A stretch of DNA of 64,000 nucleotides from Takakia lepidozioides (Eukaryota; Plantae; Bryophyta): NCBI GenBank assembly GCA_030704615.1, contig CM060733.1:3720001-3784000 (forward strand), given 5' to 3'. The stretch's first letter is position 1, and every line of letters starts with the position of its first letter. A program made the position numbers and the translations under genes. Of this stretch, positions 13,220-25,080 are shown piece by piece. A model generated the notes under the pieces. That model was not told the origin of the DNA. It made no database searches and was given only the letters and a program-made list of their open reading frames with translations.

Positions 13220-13800
13220 AAGGTTGCGTTTGATTATTTTTGACGTGAATGGAGTCTTGTGCAAAATCTTGAAGCACCAGAAGAGCTACAATGTCCCCGG
13301 TTTTCAGAATCGGACTACAGAATTCCAGCTCTTGTCGGATTCCGACTTGTCTTTAGACGGGAGAAATATCGCGAAGTGTGGACATGCACAAACACTACCG
13401 GTTAGGGATTTGGAGCTCTATGATGTACAAGAACTTGCAGCCCATCCTGGATTTTTTGCTTCGTGGTCTACCTCAACCGGCCTTCGTTATGTCTCAAGAG
13501 GATTGTATTTCATGCCCTACTTCGGTTCACCCTCAATTCAAATCAGGATTGGACCCTCCTCATTTGTTTTTTGAAGCCACTGGTCAAGGTCTGGAAGGGA
13601 TTGGTGGGCAATACACCAAGAGTAACACTCTGCTCATTGACGACACGCCATGAAGTGTGTATTGAACCCGCCCGACTCATGTCTTGTTCTCAAACCGTTC
13701 CAGACCGTTGAGACTGATGGTTGCTATCTTCTCAAGGTTCTTCAGACCTATTTGCTTGGAATGAGGAAACATCCCACTGTTTCAAGCTATCTTAGGAAAA
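13220..13800 (+). pseudogene. FCP1/NIF-like HAD phosphatase domain 2 (degenerate)
   Basis: LRLIIFDVNGVL...YRLGIWSSMMYKN...FVMSQEDC...KPL..VW...YTKSNTLLIDDTP..VLNP, spread over three frames. Confidence 0.7.
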
Positions 13801-15005
13801 AATGATAGGGTTGAGTCTTTTTCCCAATGTTTCAAACGATCCCAAGTTTAGCCCACTCTGGATTTTATTGAGGACAACGGTTTTAAGAGTCTCAGATATG
13901 ATGCTTCAAAATAAATTATTTTTGATCAATCATCTCACTCGAGCTATTGAATATCTTCATGGTTTTCTCTTTTTCATTTCCTTGTAATCACCACGTGAAA
14001 GATATGGTACTCTTATTTGACTCATTTTCAGGTGAATTCTTGACGCACATTCTGGGAAATCCCAAGAGACTGATACAGGCCTTCATACGGGGACATGCCT
14101 ATATCGGGGGGTGCTATTCCGTGAGCCCGGAGGTGTGAGCCTGTGAGCCCAGGAAAGCGTGAGCCCGGCACAGGCTCACGCCACGTCAGCATGCAAACAG
14201 TGCCTATTTCCGCGGATGTCACCTATTTTCCGAGTGGTGTCACCTATTTCCGCGGGTTTGATTTGGGTAGAATTTGAGAATGCCTGAACAGTTTTTGATG
14301 AGGGTGACTTCACTGATGGATTCACCAACCATTCTTCTAGCATGAATAGTTGGGGACCAACTAGCAAATGATGCGAGGATGCTCTCTACACGAACCAAAG
14401 TGGTTTGTTTTTTTCGCAATGTACTTAAGTCTGTGATGTCCACAAAACACCAAATAGATTGAAGGAACAATCCAGGCAGTCCATACAACCCCCCTCTCCA
14501 ACAATAGTTTGTAACCATGAATGTGAATTCCACGCACACATTGCAAACAGGACAACAAGGACACACAACTCCCATTTCAAATTTGGCCCAGAAATTAAAC
14601 CAAAAGAAAACTTCATATCAAGTGTCGCAGTCATCACAATCAGTGTCCACCTCCTATGCTATGTCATCTATCACAGATTCTGGCCCCAACACCACGTGTT
14701 CTACGAAGGCCGTCGTAAGGTGGACTCGAGTCCCATGAACGGACATGCTTGCTGCGAGTGCCTTCCGCATAGACAGGTAGCACGCAAGACCGAGGAGACT
14801 GCAAACAAGTCCAAATAGGTGTGATAGCCCTGGAGGGCAAGTGGAAGCACGTGGACTCCTGCACATGTCCACAAAACCCCATTTTAACACAATGATGCAA
14901 TGCACAAGTCCAACAAAGAGGATGTCTCCAATGTGCACTTTTGCCTCAAGAACAACGATTCTCGATATTGAAACAAGAATGCAAGCATGCAAAGGTTGAA
15001 CTTAC

Positions 15006-18000
15006 TCACAGGCAAGTCGGAGTCCACTCCTTGTCAGAAGTCTCCTCTGTATCAGTATCAACGGGAGACGGGGCTTCGGAAGGACTTGAGAAGTGTGTCC
15101 ACCCAAACCCATCAGGAGGTTTCTTGTAAATCTCAGCATCCCCTTCATCCAAAGAGATGTCGCGCACTGGCCTTGCAAGCGTGGTAAGAAGCACCGGCAG
15201 TGGAATAGATGAATGAAAGACATTGAAGACACATTCGGAACGTTGGGAAATGCTGAAAGTGCAAGCTCAATCAAAACCTCATGAAATGTGAATGTTGAAG
15301 AGACGAACCTGTGCCCATCAACAAATCCAGAACTCTGGCGTCTGTGTAGTGCAGCACTCCACAATCATTTGAATGAAAGCCGGGCTCCTCTCCCTCGCCC
15401 CTCCCAAGGAACCCCATTCCCTCCCCTTCGCAAGCACACGTTGCTGTCGACGTAGTTGTGATGCTGTCATCCGTGGGGGATTTGTCCTGTCATCTATGAA
15501 CTTGGCCCCCTGAGTGATGGCAACTCGGTAATGCGGCGGAGTCGTTTGTGGATGCACCTGGACGAGAAAAAACGGACAAACAGCTTCAAATAGACGAGTC
15601 TGCGAACATGACATCCACAAGGAACTAAGAAGCAAAAAAAAATCGGGCCCCTACATATGAGTTCGAGCGACCTATACAACCCCATCCGAGAACAACCAAG
15701 AAGAGGAAGAAGAAGGCAAACTCACCATCTCTCCCGGACGATCCCCCTTCGTAAGGTACATGCTGTTCACACAATTTCATGTCTTCACGACTCTCATGCC
15801 CGAGGCTTTCAAATAGCTGGAAAGTGCACGGCGACACCGACCGTCGATGGACTGGATGAGCACCAAAAAACACCTGCATCGGACAGGAAGAAGTTGCAAA
15901 AGGAGAAAAACCCACCGCCAGTAGCGCTCATCAAAAGCATTCCAACCCGGACAAGCACCGATGGAGGGATATCCGGGACTGCCAACCCATCAGGGATGTC
16001 CAAGATGATGAGTTCGGCTGCATATGGCTTCTCCTTCCCGTTCACCCAGGATTTGGTCATTTTAGCCTGCAAACAAAAATACAATGGAATTCTCACAAGT
16101 TTAGAAACGATCCATGCCCACAGCAGACAAAAACAACAGAAGCCACAGAACCCAAAGAGAACACGCACCGTGCTGAGGAACTGCACAATCCTGTCCCACA
16201 CTGGTGATGGCTCGCCCTTGTAATCAGATTTCTTCGACTCCATCATGGCAAGGAACCCGACGTTGGCCATCTCCAACCTGGTTGGCGAATGACCCTCGTG
16301 GGATGTTCCACTGCATGGTACGGGTCCTTGGGATCAACCACCCCTTGTTTTTTTCTCCCGGATCCCCTACCATGCGGTGGAGTCTGCTGGACATGCTCCA
16401 CAGGGCCAATATCTGCAACACTTCCTGCCCTTGTGCCACCTTCCCTCTACCCCTTCCCTTCCCCAACAACACCAGCAACATCTTTTCCCTTTGCCTTTCT
16501 TCCTCTACCTGGGGTATCCTGAGCGGGAGGCTCCTTCTCTGCAAGAGTCCTCAAATTACGTTCATGAATGTCGAGGTCGGCTGCTGCGGCAGTGGCTGCA
16601 ATACGGTCATTCTCTCTCCTCAAAGACACCTCTGGAGCTGGGGTCTCAGAAGGAGGGCAATCCAAATACCAACCACAAGAAGAAAGATGGTCTGGGCCCC
16701 AGTCATGCAAGATCCCAGTAGTAAACATGGTCTGGTTGCCAGCAGGGACAAGCCACAGGTCCACGAAATCCGGATGTTTGTCCAGGCAATTCTCTTCCAG
16801 GAGAACAAACTTTATGTACCTGCAGCAACAGAGACAGCCTCATTTTACAATGGAAATATTGTGTGGCAACTTTTTCCATCACACCAGGAAGACCCCCTTC
16901 AACAGTATGCCACACAACACATTGCAACCACAGCACAAATAAGTAGTGCAAGAGTGTGCACCTGTAAAGGCATCGTTTCCAGGCTTCCTCTCCTTTTTCT
17001 TGCTGGTCCAGCTCATTGTTCGACTGATGCCACCCTCCTTGCTGAACTCTCTAAAGAAACAAAGAGTGCCACACTGTGGCTCTCCATTTCCTCATGTATG
17101 CTTCGAAGGACACCTTCGGTGCTATCATACTGATGCCATAGTCAGCCAGCTGAGTATGCAGAACCGATCTGGCCCTTTCTTCCAACTGCAAAACAATACA
17201 AATGCAAGAATGAACCCAAAAGCAATCACAGCGAATGTAAGAGGCAATAGAAAGATAAGGACAGGAAAAGAGAAAGAACAGTGACACAGGGAAGGACATC
17301 ACACCTGGCTCCAGTAAGTGGCCTTGTGAAGCCAGGTGTCCAGCACATTGTCACTGACAGGAATGACACGCTGGTCTTCTTCTCTTTCTCCGGCCTTGGG
17401 AACATGTGGGTATCCCTAACTGTGGGATCGGAGTTCCATATCTGCAGCCACTTCACCTTTTGTTCTGGAGACACAACGGCGGTAGACAACCTGTGCAACT
17501 TCTCCTGGGCCATTTCTGGCTTGCCTGGCTTGTTATAATGGTTTTTTTATCTCCAGGAGAAACTGCGGTCCGAATGATGGGTCGGCAATTCTCAACTGCT
17601 TCATCGAAAGCACTCATTATAGTCCTTCTTGTAGCGGTCATCTCTTTCTGGATGCGACTCTCAACCCCCTTTGCTGTCCTTCTCTCCTCAGGGGTAGAGC
17701 TGTAGTATTCCAGTTTGCCACGCTCCCCTGCATCTGCAATGTCTTGCTGCAAGGGAATGCAAGAGAGTTGCATCAGCACAAGGTCAAGGGAAACAAACAG
17801 AAACAAACATGTGGAATATGGAAGACCAGATGAAGGAAGATGTATCTCACCGTGTACATGTACTCCATGAAAGCCTCACGGGTCAACGAGTACCACGTTT
17901 CCGATGTCTTGGAGCTTTCGCACTTCTTGTACATCTCCGCTGAAAGGATGGTCTTGAAGTTGGTCAAGGGCATCTGCCCTATCCTTTGTATCCTATACAG

Positions 18001-20600
18001 TGTGTGAACCAAACTCGTTTTGACATGCGATGTCTCCGTTCCTCTGCAGAATGATATCTGAAGTCAGAATGAAATTCAAGGTCTTCAATCAAAGAAGAAC
18101 GGAACCACAAGTGGAACATGTAGAATGAGAAACCAACCTGTTCACATCATTCATTGCCGTCAGAAGACCCATCATGTTCCCGTCACAATCCAGCACCATC
18201 GATCGAACAGAGTAATGCACTCTTCCTCCTGTGAGTGCAGCCTCCCAATGACAGCCATCCATGCAAGCAAGCGGTGGTTCCCATCCAAACGTGAAACATC
18301 TTTCCCGAGAATGCCTGGGTGGAAGGTTTCCTGGAGAGAAGAAGTTCGAAGGATTCGTTCAGCTGTCTCCAAATGGGGTCCCAGGAGTCCACGATTGACT
18401 GATCCACGAGGAGCTCATTACCTTTGGAATCCCTAGTAGAAACGTAAAAGACTGCGGATCCATCCAAATACCCATGCACAAACTCGGCCTCCAGCTTGAG
18501 AATGTCCTTGACGAGGGTGTACGAACGACGGGCATGGAAACCAACCTACACAGGGGAATCTTCAACCTCCCACCGGGGCAAGCATACTTTGCACCACAAG
18601 CTGAGAGTTTACCTTCTGACCCCCCAGCATCTCAGCGGCTTTGCTTTCATAGAACTCATCGTCCACATCAACAATTATCTCCTTCTCCTGACCCGAAGGG
18701 ACCTCATCTGCCACACTTTGCATCTTCTCCTGCAGGGTTGTTCATTCAACTTGATATTAGAGAGCATGAAACGACGGCTGAGGCATGAAAAAGTGGGCTC
18801 AAAGAGTGTGCGTTGACGCACACTATTTTAAGCTGCCAGGTAAGTGTACATTGACCCTCACAGACATGTCCTATGTTGCCGAATTCCACAGAAAAAGACA
18901 ATGTAAAAGTGGGCTCAAACAGTGTGCGTTGACGCACACTGTTTTCACTTGCCATGTAAATGATCATTGAACATCTACTTGTGCCAGGTAAGTATTCATT
19001 GTAAACTCCTCATCCTCAGAAACGTGCCCTAAATGCCGAATTTAAACCGGAAAAACACTTAAATGTAGAGCTCAAACAGTGTGCGCCAACGCACACTGTT
19101 TGAGCTGCCACTGAATGGTTATTTCATCCTCAAAACTGCCCTGGAAGTCCGAATTTAACACCAAAAAACAGTGACATGACAGCTCCAGTGTGCGCCAACG
19201 CACACTGTTTGAGCTGCCACGTTGGCCGAATTTAACACCAGCTCAAACAGTGTGCGCCAACGCACACTGTTTGAGCTCCACTGAATGGATTTCATCCTCA
19301 GAAACGTGCCCTGGAAGTCCGAATTTAACACCAAAAAACACAGCTCAAACAGTGTGCGCCAACGCACACTGTTTGAGCTGCCACTGAATGGTTATTCATC
19401 CTCAGAAACGTGCCCAAGTCCGAATTTAACACCAAAAAAACACAGCTCAAACAGTGTGCGCCAACGCACACTGTTTGAGCTGCCACTGAATGGTTATTTC
19501 ATCCTCAGAAACTGCCCTGGAAGTCGAATTTAACACCAAAAAATGACATGTACAGCTGTACTGTTTGAGCTGCCACTGAATGGTTATTTCATCATCATAA
19601 ACCTGCCCTGGAAGTCCGAATTTAACACCAAAAAACAGTGACATGTCAGCTCAACAGTGTGCGCCAACGCACACTGTTTGAGCTGCCACTGAATGGTTAT
19701 TTCATCCTCAAAACCTGCCCTGGAAGTCCGAATTTAACACAAAAAAATAGTGACATGTACAGCTCAACAGTGTGCGCCAACGCACACTTTGAGCTGCCAC
19801 TGAATGGTGCCCCACCAAAAAACAGTGACATGTACAGCTCAAACAGTGTGCGCCAACGCACACTGTTTGAGCTGCCACTGAATGGTTATTTCATCCTCAG
19901 AAACGTGCCCCCGAATTTTAACACAAAAACAGTGACATGTTCAGCTAAACAGTGTGCGCCAACGCACACTGTTTGAGCTGCCACTGAAGGGTTCTGTCGT
20001 CCACATACATATCCTGGAAAACCGATATCCACGGAAACAGCAGTGAAATGTTCAGCTCAACTCACACTGTTGAGGTTGCAATTTGGGTTGTGTTGAACCT
20101 GCTGTAGTGCCCAAGTTTGGGCGTTTCGCACCTGAACAATCAAGCAAATTGGTAGGCCCAAACAGTGTGCGTTGCCGCACACTGTTTGGGCTTCCAGTTT
20201 GCGGTGCTTTCAGCTGGTGCAGATGTCCTGTGTGGGCTATATTCATATCAGCAACGAAACAAATGTGGGTCTTAAGATTTCACCTTTTTCTTGGCTGCTC
20301 CAGAAGACTCCCCAATTGCCGGGACCCTTTGCGCTTCGGGCTGCTCTCTGCGCCGAGCGTGTACGTGAGCCTCTCCCCCTTCCTCTTTCCGCAGGCAGAC
20401 TCCTCGTGAGGCCACCTTCAACATCCTCTTCCATCTCGTCTCTCCCTCAGATGCGGTGTCCTCTTCATCTGTCTTGGAACTATGGCGGGCTGCTGTTCTT
20501 CTGCTGATTCCTGCTCCTCCATCGCCACACTTTCCTCTACTCCCTCTTCTACCTCCTTTTCCTCTTCGTCCACTCTTTCCATCCTCATTCTATCTCTGGC
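15006..20600 (-). pseudogene. Spliced ParB-like plus beta-class (N6-adenine/N4-cytosine type) DNA methyltransferase-like fusion gene (element B cargo)
   Basis: ParB part (18140-18729): LKIPLCRLVSMPVVR..KDILKLEAEFVHGY...VFYVS...KMFHVW-DGNHRLLAWM. MTase part: AELIILDIPDG (~15985-16020, DPPY position), PGWNAFD...FLSDAG, then GARERSPAFIQMIVECCT-DARVLDLLMGTG (~15308-15405, motifs X and I) and ASYHACKASARHLFG..GDAEIY (15125-15195). Motif IV precedes motif I, the beta-class order. Probable intron 18730-20283; the first exon is tentative. Several 1-bp frameshifts. Confidence 0.75.
18797..20191. repeat. Tandem array (~60-160 bp units) built around the 36-bp palindrome GCTCAAACAGTGTGCG-CCAA-CGCACACTGTTTGAGC, ~14 copies
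   Basis: Copies start at about 18797, 18913, 19070, 19182, 19241, 19343, 19445, 19553 (half), 19649, 19762, 19837, 19944, 20055 (partial) and 20156. The intervening sequence is itself repeated (TGCCACTGAATGGTTATTTCATCCTC...GAATTTAACACCAAAA). Confidence 0.95.
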
Positions 20601-21482
20601 TCTATTCCTGTTTCTAGAGCTCGTGAAGTATAGTGACTTCCTTCTCTTCCTCCTACGCTGGAAACAAGGGCTCCCCACGATGCCTCTAGAGCTCTCCAGT
20701 TTGACGTTTGTAACAAGTGCTGCTATGGCATGTAACCAAAATCGAAATTGGACGTTATCAACCATATTTGGATGCGGGTGTTGTTATTGTGTGCGAACGG
20801 AATTCATCCATTCCGTCGTCTCCGTATTATCCAAGCAATAAAGCGCAAGAAAAAAAGTACATCCGTTGCATGCACTAGCGATATATGTCAGATGTACTGC
20901 GCCGCCTGCCAATACACCGCGGCCTTCTTGCTTTCTTTCAAATTCGGATGTGCCGTAGAAATCTAATGCTAGTTCATTTTCGAGCAGTTCTTGCAGATCC
21001 GCAATAATTGTTATGCTTCACATATGCATCCACGTGTGTTGTACTGCCTACCCTGTGTTTGCATTTTACCGTTACCGTCGCCATGGGGTCATTCGGCATA
21101 AAGGGTTCTGTCGGATACGACCATGTCTGGCACGCATTCGTGCGAGGTATCTTCTGCAGTGTCAGTGTTTGTGCTGTGCTCTTCTGGCACAGCACAACCT
21201 CATGACATTTGTGGTCTTCCTGTTTACTGCTCTCCAGGGTTGTTGCCGTCTTTTCATAATGGATGGTTTCATGTCGTTTTCAGTGTTTGTTTTCATCCAT
21301 AAACAGCACGGCTTTCTGTAGTATTTGAAAACAGTTTTTCTGGTTAGTGCCTCTTGGCGTTGCTGTTTCCGAAGTGAAGGTGCATCTCATCCCTACATCC
21401 TTTGCATGCATCACCTGCAACCTTTGGATTGGAGCTACCCTTGTTGACCTCGGTTTGCTTGTCTTAATTCCCCTTTCGGTAA

Positions 21483-24400
21483 TTGCGGGCTATCAGTTCG
21501 AGGATTCCGCAACTTTCGTTCAGTGAGGGAAAACATGTCGAGGGGGAGCGAGATACACTTGCTCGATTCCATTCCAATGCAGGTACTCTTCCACTGACTG
21601 CCACTGCAGACGACGATGGGTTTGCAGTTGTTCATGAGGATGAGCTGGTTACAGTGTTCCGCTGGAGTTGGGTTCTCTCCTTGTTCAAAAAGAGGTGTAT
21701 GACGAGGATGGGAATTTGGATTCTGGGCACTTGGAGAAACCATTGGTTGGCAAGTGTGGAAGGAAGTGGAGAGTCCTTCCAGGCACATACCGTGTCCTTG
21801 GAAAAGAGAGAAGACAATCAGCAGGATCGGTCGTTACCCCTGGCACTGCAGCATCGGTCGTGCAACAGAAGGGCACAGTTCCTGTGAAACAAGAGGTGAG
21901 CACATCCACTACCTTCGTGACTCTTTCAGACTCGTCCTCGGAGGATGTTTCTGAGATTCCTCCGCCAGTGCAGACTCCGTCATTGGATGATGACGAATTG
22001 CAAGAGATAACGAGTGTCATTCCAAAATTGAAAGCCCTCGCAGGTGTGCCTGGGTGCAAGAGCGAGCTGCGTTTTGTTGATTGGGAGTCCCTTCCTGTGC
22101 AACGGGTTCAATACGTGCCAGCACAGTTTGATGGGGACATCCTGTTTGAGCTCAACCCTCCCACCTCTTCCACTGGACTGGCTGGGCTTTTACAGGGCAT
22201 GGACAAGAAACATGACGGACATCCTTGGTGCAGGACAAAAAACGTCGAACATCCATAACGACATTGGCTTGAAATTTCGGAGGTCGTCTGCGTTGGGCAT
22301 TGTAAGTGCCAGAATATTTCTTGCCCTCGCCTGAGAAACAACGCTCAACCAAACGAAAGTGAGTGGGAAGGTGTGCCCCTGAATCCTTTCACCCCAGGGC
22401 TTGCCCCTCCCAGGACCAATACTTTCGTGTGCAGGTTCTGCAAACTTTCCCCGTCCTGTGTTTCTGTGTGCCACGCTCGTATGTATCAGGTGGCACACCG
22501 ATGCAAGACAATGACTCGTGCCTGCATTCATATGGGTGCACACGAGCATCCTGTGTCCAAAGGAAGTTGCAGGGATAGCGTGGACATCGCTAGAAATCTG
22601 CTGAAGCAGGAGTTCCACAATGCCCCTTGTGCAACACCTTCTGCTATAGCGCTTGCAGCTAGCAAGGCATTCCTGGAGAAACACATACTGGGTGAAGGGG
22701 ATGCGACACAACTTATGCTGGATGCAGATTCGCTTAATGCAGTCATGGACCATTTCTCCGTGTTGAGCTCTCCCAATATTCGAAACCAGGTGAATGCACT
22801 CAGAATGGGCACAGGCACTGCTGGATTCATGGACAACATTATGGACCTGAAACGGAGGAGTCGCTATGAATTCATTCAAAACAGTATCTTCCCTGGCCAG
22901 GGCTCGTCCAAGGTGTATTTGTTCAAGATGTCCGCTGTGGGGGCAGGCAGTGGTGTGAGCATTGTCCGCCGTATGCAACCAGGAGGAGATTTGGCTAAAT
23001 GTTGGTTAATGTTTGATCACTGCAAACGGGTGAAGGGTTGGACAACCATGGCGTGCCATGTGTATGATCCGGCGTACCAGCGTGTGCTCTCCATAGCAAT
23101 TTGTGATATGCAGTCGGAGGACACTGAATCCCAAATGCTCATGTGGAATTCGCTCTTGGCCGTCATGCAGCGCAATGGAATACAAAACACAAATTTTGCG
23201 GGCTTCATGGCTGATAGTGCACAGGCAAATTTCAATGCAGTGCGACGCGTGTTTGGTTCGGGGGATCCTAAGGTCCCAATGGAAAATAGGGAGCGCACAT
23301 GCCTCTTCCATTGGACTCAATCTCTGGCACGTCATACAAAGCGCTGCATTCGCCCTGACCTGCAGTTGGAGCACAGAAGGCTCTGTCTCAAGTACAAGAA
23401 TGCCACCTCAATGGGAGAAGCTGAGAGCACTTACCAGGCAATCCGGGCTTGGTGGTTCTCCTCTGGTGCTGCAACAGGTACCACGTAAAGGAGTTGGAGG
23501 ACTGGTTGGTTTTCTGGCACTTCAGGTACAGACAGTGGGGAGCTTTCATGACGACGGTAAGCCTCTTCAATCCCAAAAACAGAAATTTTGCATCGTGCCT
23601 GTTCATTTGGGGTTCTTCGATTGTCACTTGAAGAACCTCTACCATTTGTTTTCGTTCCTGACATATCCATGCAATGCCTCCTGCAGGACATGTCCTTGGA
23701 GGACTTGGCCGACATGCCATCCTGTAATTTGGCGGAGACTGTTCACAACGCCTGGATGCAGCAGTCTACCAAAGCAGGTCGTGACTTGTATGTGGCCACT
23801 GCTGATGACATGGTGTGCACTTACACAACAAACCAGGTACCGCAATTTTCTGATGGGACGGGGTGGAGGCAGGGCCCTGATACGACTTTGTTGATGCTAA
23901 GGGCTGCGAGTAGGTCCGGAGTCCCGTCAAAGATGGCCAGAGCTCTAAACAGATGCACTGAAGGGTCCTCTACAATCCCCATTTGGAAGGCGAGGAAAGA
24001 TTTGGATCATGCAAAAGGAAATTGAACACTCTTCCAGGGTCAGATGGAGATTCCCATCGGCCAGACAGGGTCAATTTCTCTGTGCCAAAGGTGTCTCCAC
24101 TGCAGACTGAGTCGTGTGCCCGCCCCTTCCCAGGTGGGTCCTCCTCCAGTGGAGCAGTGCAGAACATACAAGCACAGCAGCGGGAATCCCATTGGAGGAG
24201 GCGGTGGCCATGGTGCAGGAATCCGATTGCATTGATAGTGAGTGGCATATAGAACGCACCCCACCAGGATCTAGAGTGGCTTGCATGGCAATTCGGACCC
24301 CCTCATTCAAGAAATGCAAATCAAAGATATGCAAAGGCTCCAGGGGGACTCCAGCTCCAACATTCACAGGGTTGTTCCGACCTTATCATAGTGGGGAGTC

Positions 24401-25080
24401 AAAGGACCACAAATTTTGGTTCTGCCCAGACGATATGGCACGATGCGTGAAGGGAACAGTTCGTCCTTCGGTGATAATGAAACCCCCTCCCCCGCAATTT
24501 GGCCTGTGCAAATTGGGACGTCGCTGTCATCAACCGAGATAAGCTGCTGGAGGGGGAGGGTTCTGTCTTGCACGGTCCCGGGTGGTGCCCTCATGCACTG
24601 TCGGCACAGATGTGCCACATGCTCCGGCAATGCCGCCACCTGTGCCGACTCCCACCCAACAAAAAGAGATGGAAAAAAGTGCGCCGTTTCGCTTCGGGTG
24701 CAGATCACGAATGCAAGATGGAATCTGCTAGAATTTTGCAGGCTCGGGTGTCTCGTATCACCGAAGTCCCTTCTCCGGGGTATGGACGGATTTACACAGT
24801 GCTGTCAATTGGGTCAGTTCTTCATGGCAAAGAATATCAGGTTACCGTCGGGAATTTCCCTTCGTGCACTTGTCCGGACTTTGTAACGATGCGTGAGGGC
24901 GCTCTCGGCATGAGGGGGAAGTGGGTCCCCTGCAAGCATCAATATTACATATACCTTGTGATTATGTGTTGCGACGGTAAGAGAGACCAATTCATCCACC
25001 AAGCCACACTAGGCTATGGAGAAGTGAACACCCTTCTACAGCGGGACACCTCGCGTGGAGCTCCGCCAACTTCTCTTTGA
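21483..25080 (+). pseudogene. MULE-family DDE transposase with Cys/His-rich N-terminus and C-terminal SWIM zinc finger; frameshifted
   Basis: WLMFDHCKRV (D1), GFMADSAQANFNAVRRVF (D2), TCLFHW (CxxH), CNLAETVHNAW (E) and SWIM motif CTCPDF...VPCKHQYY in ORF 24499-25080. Confidence 0.85.

Noticed and set aside
16204-17133. 309-aa plus-strand ORF, and the 262-aa minus-strand ORF at 22190-22978
   Set aside because: Both are antisense shadows of recognisable genes on the opposite strand and have no motifs of their own.
18797-20191. CRISPR array (36-bp palindromic repeats)
   Set aside because: The sequences between repeats are copies of each other rather than unique spacers, there are no cas genes, and the context is eukaryotic.
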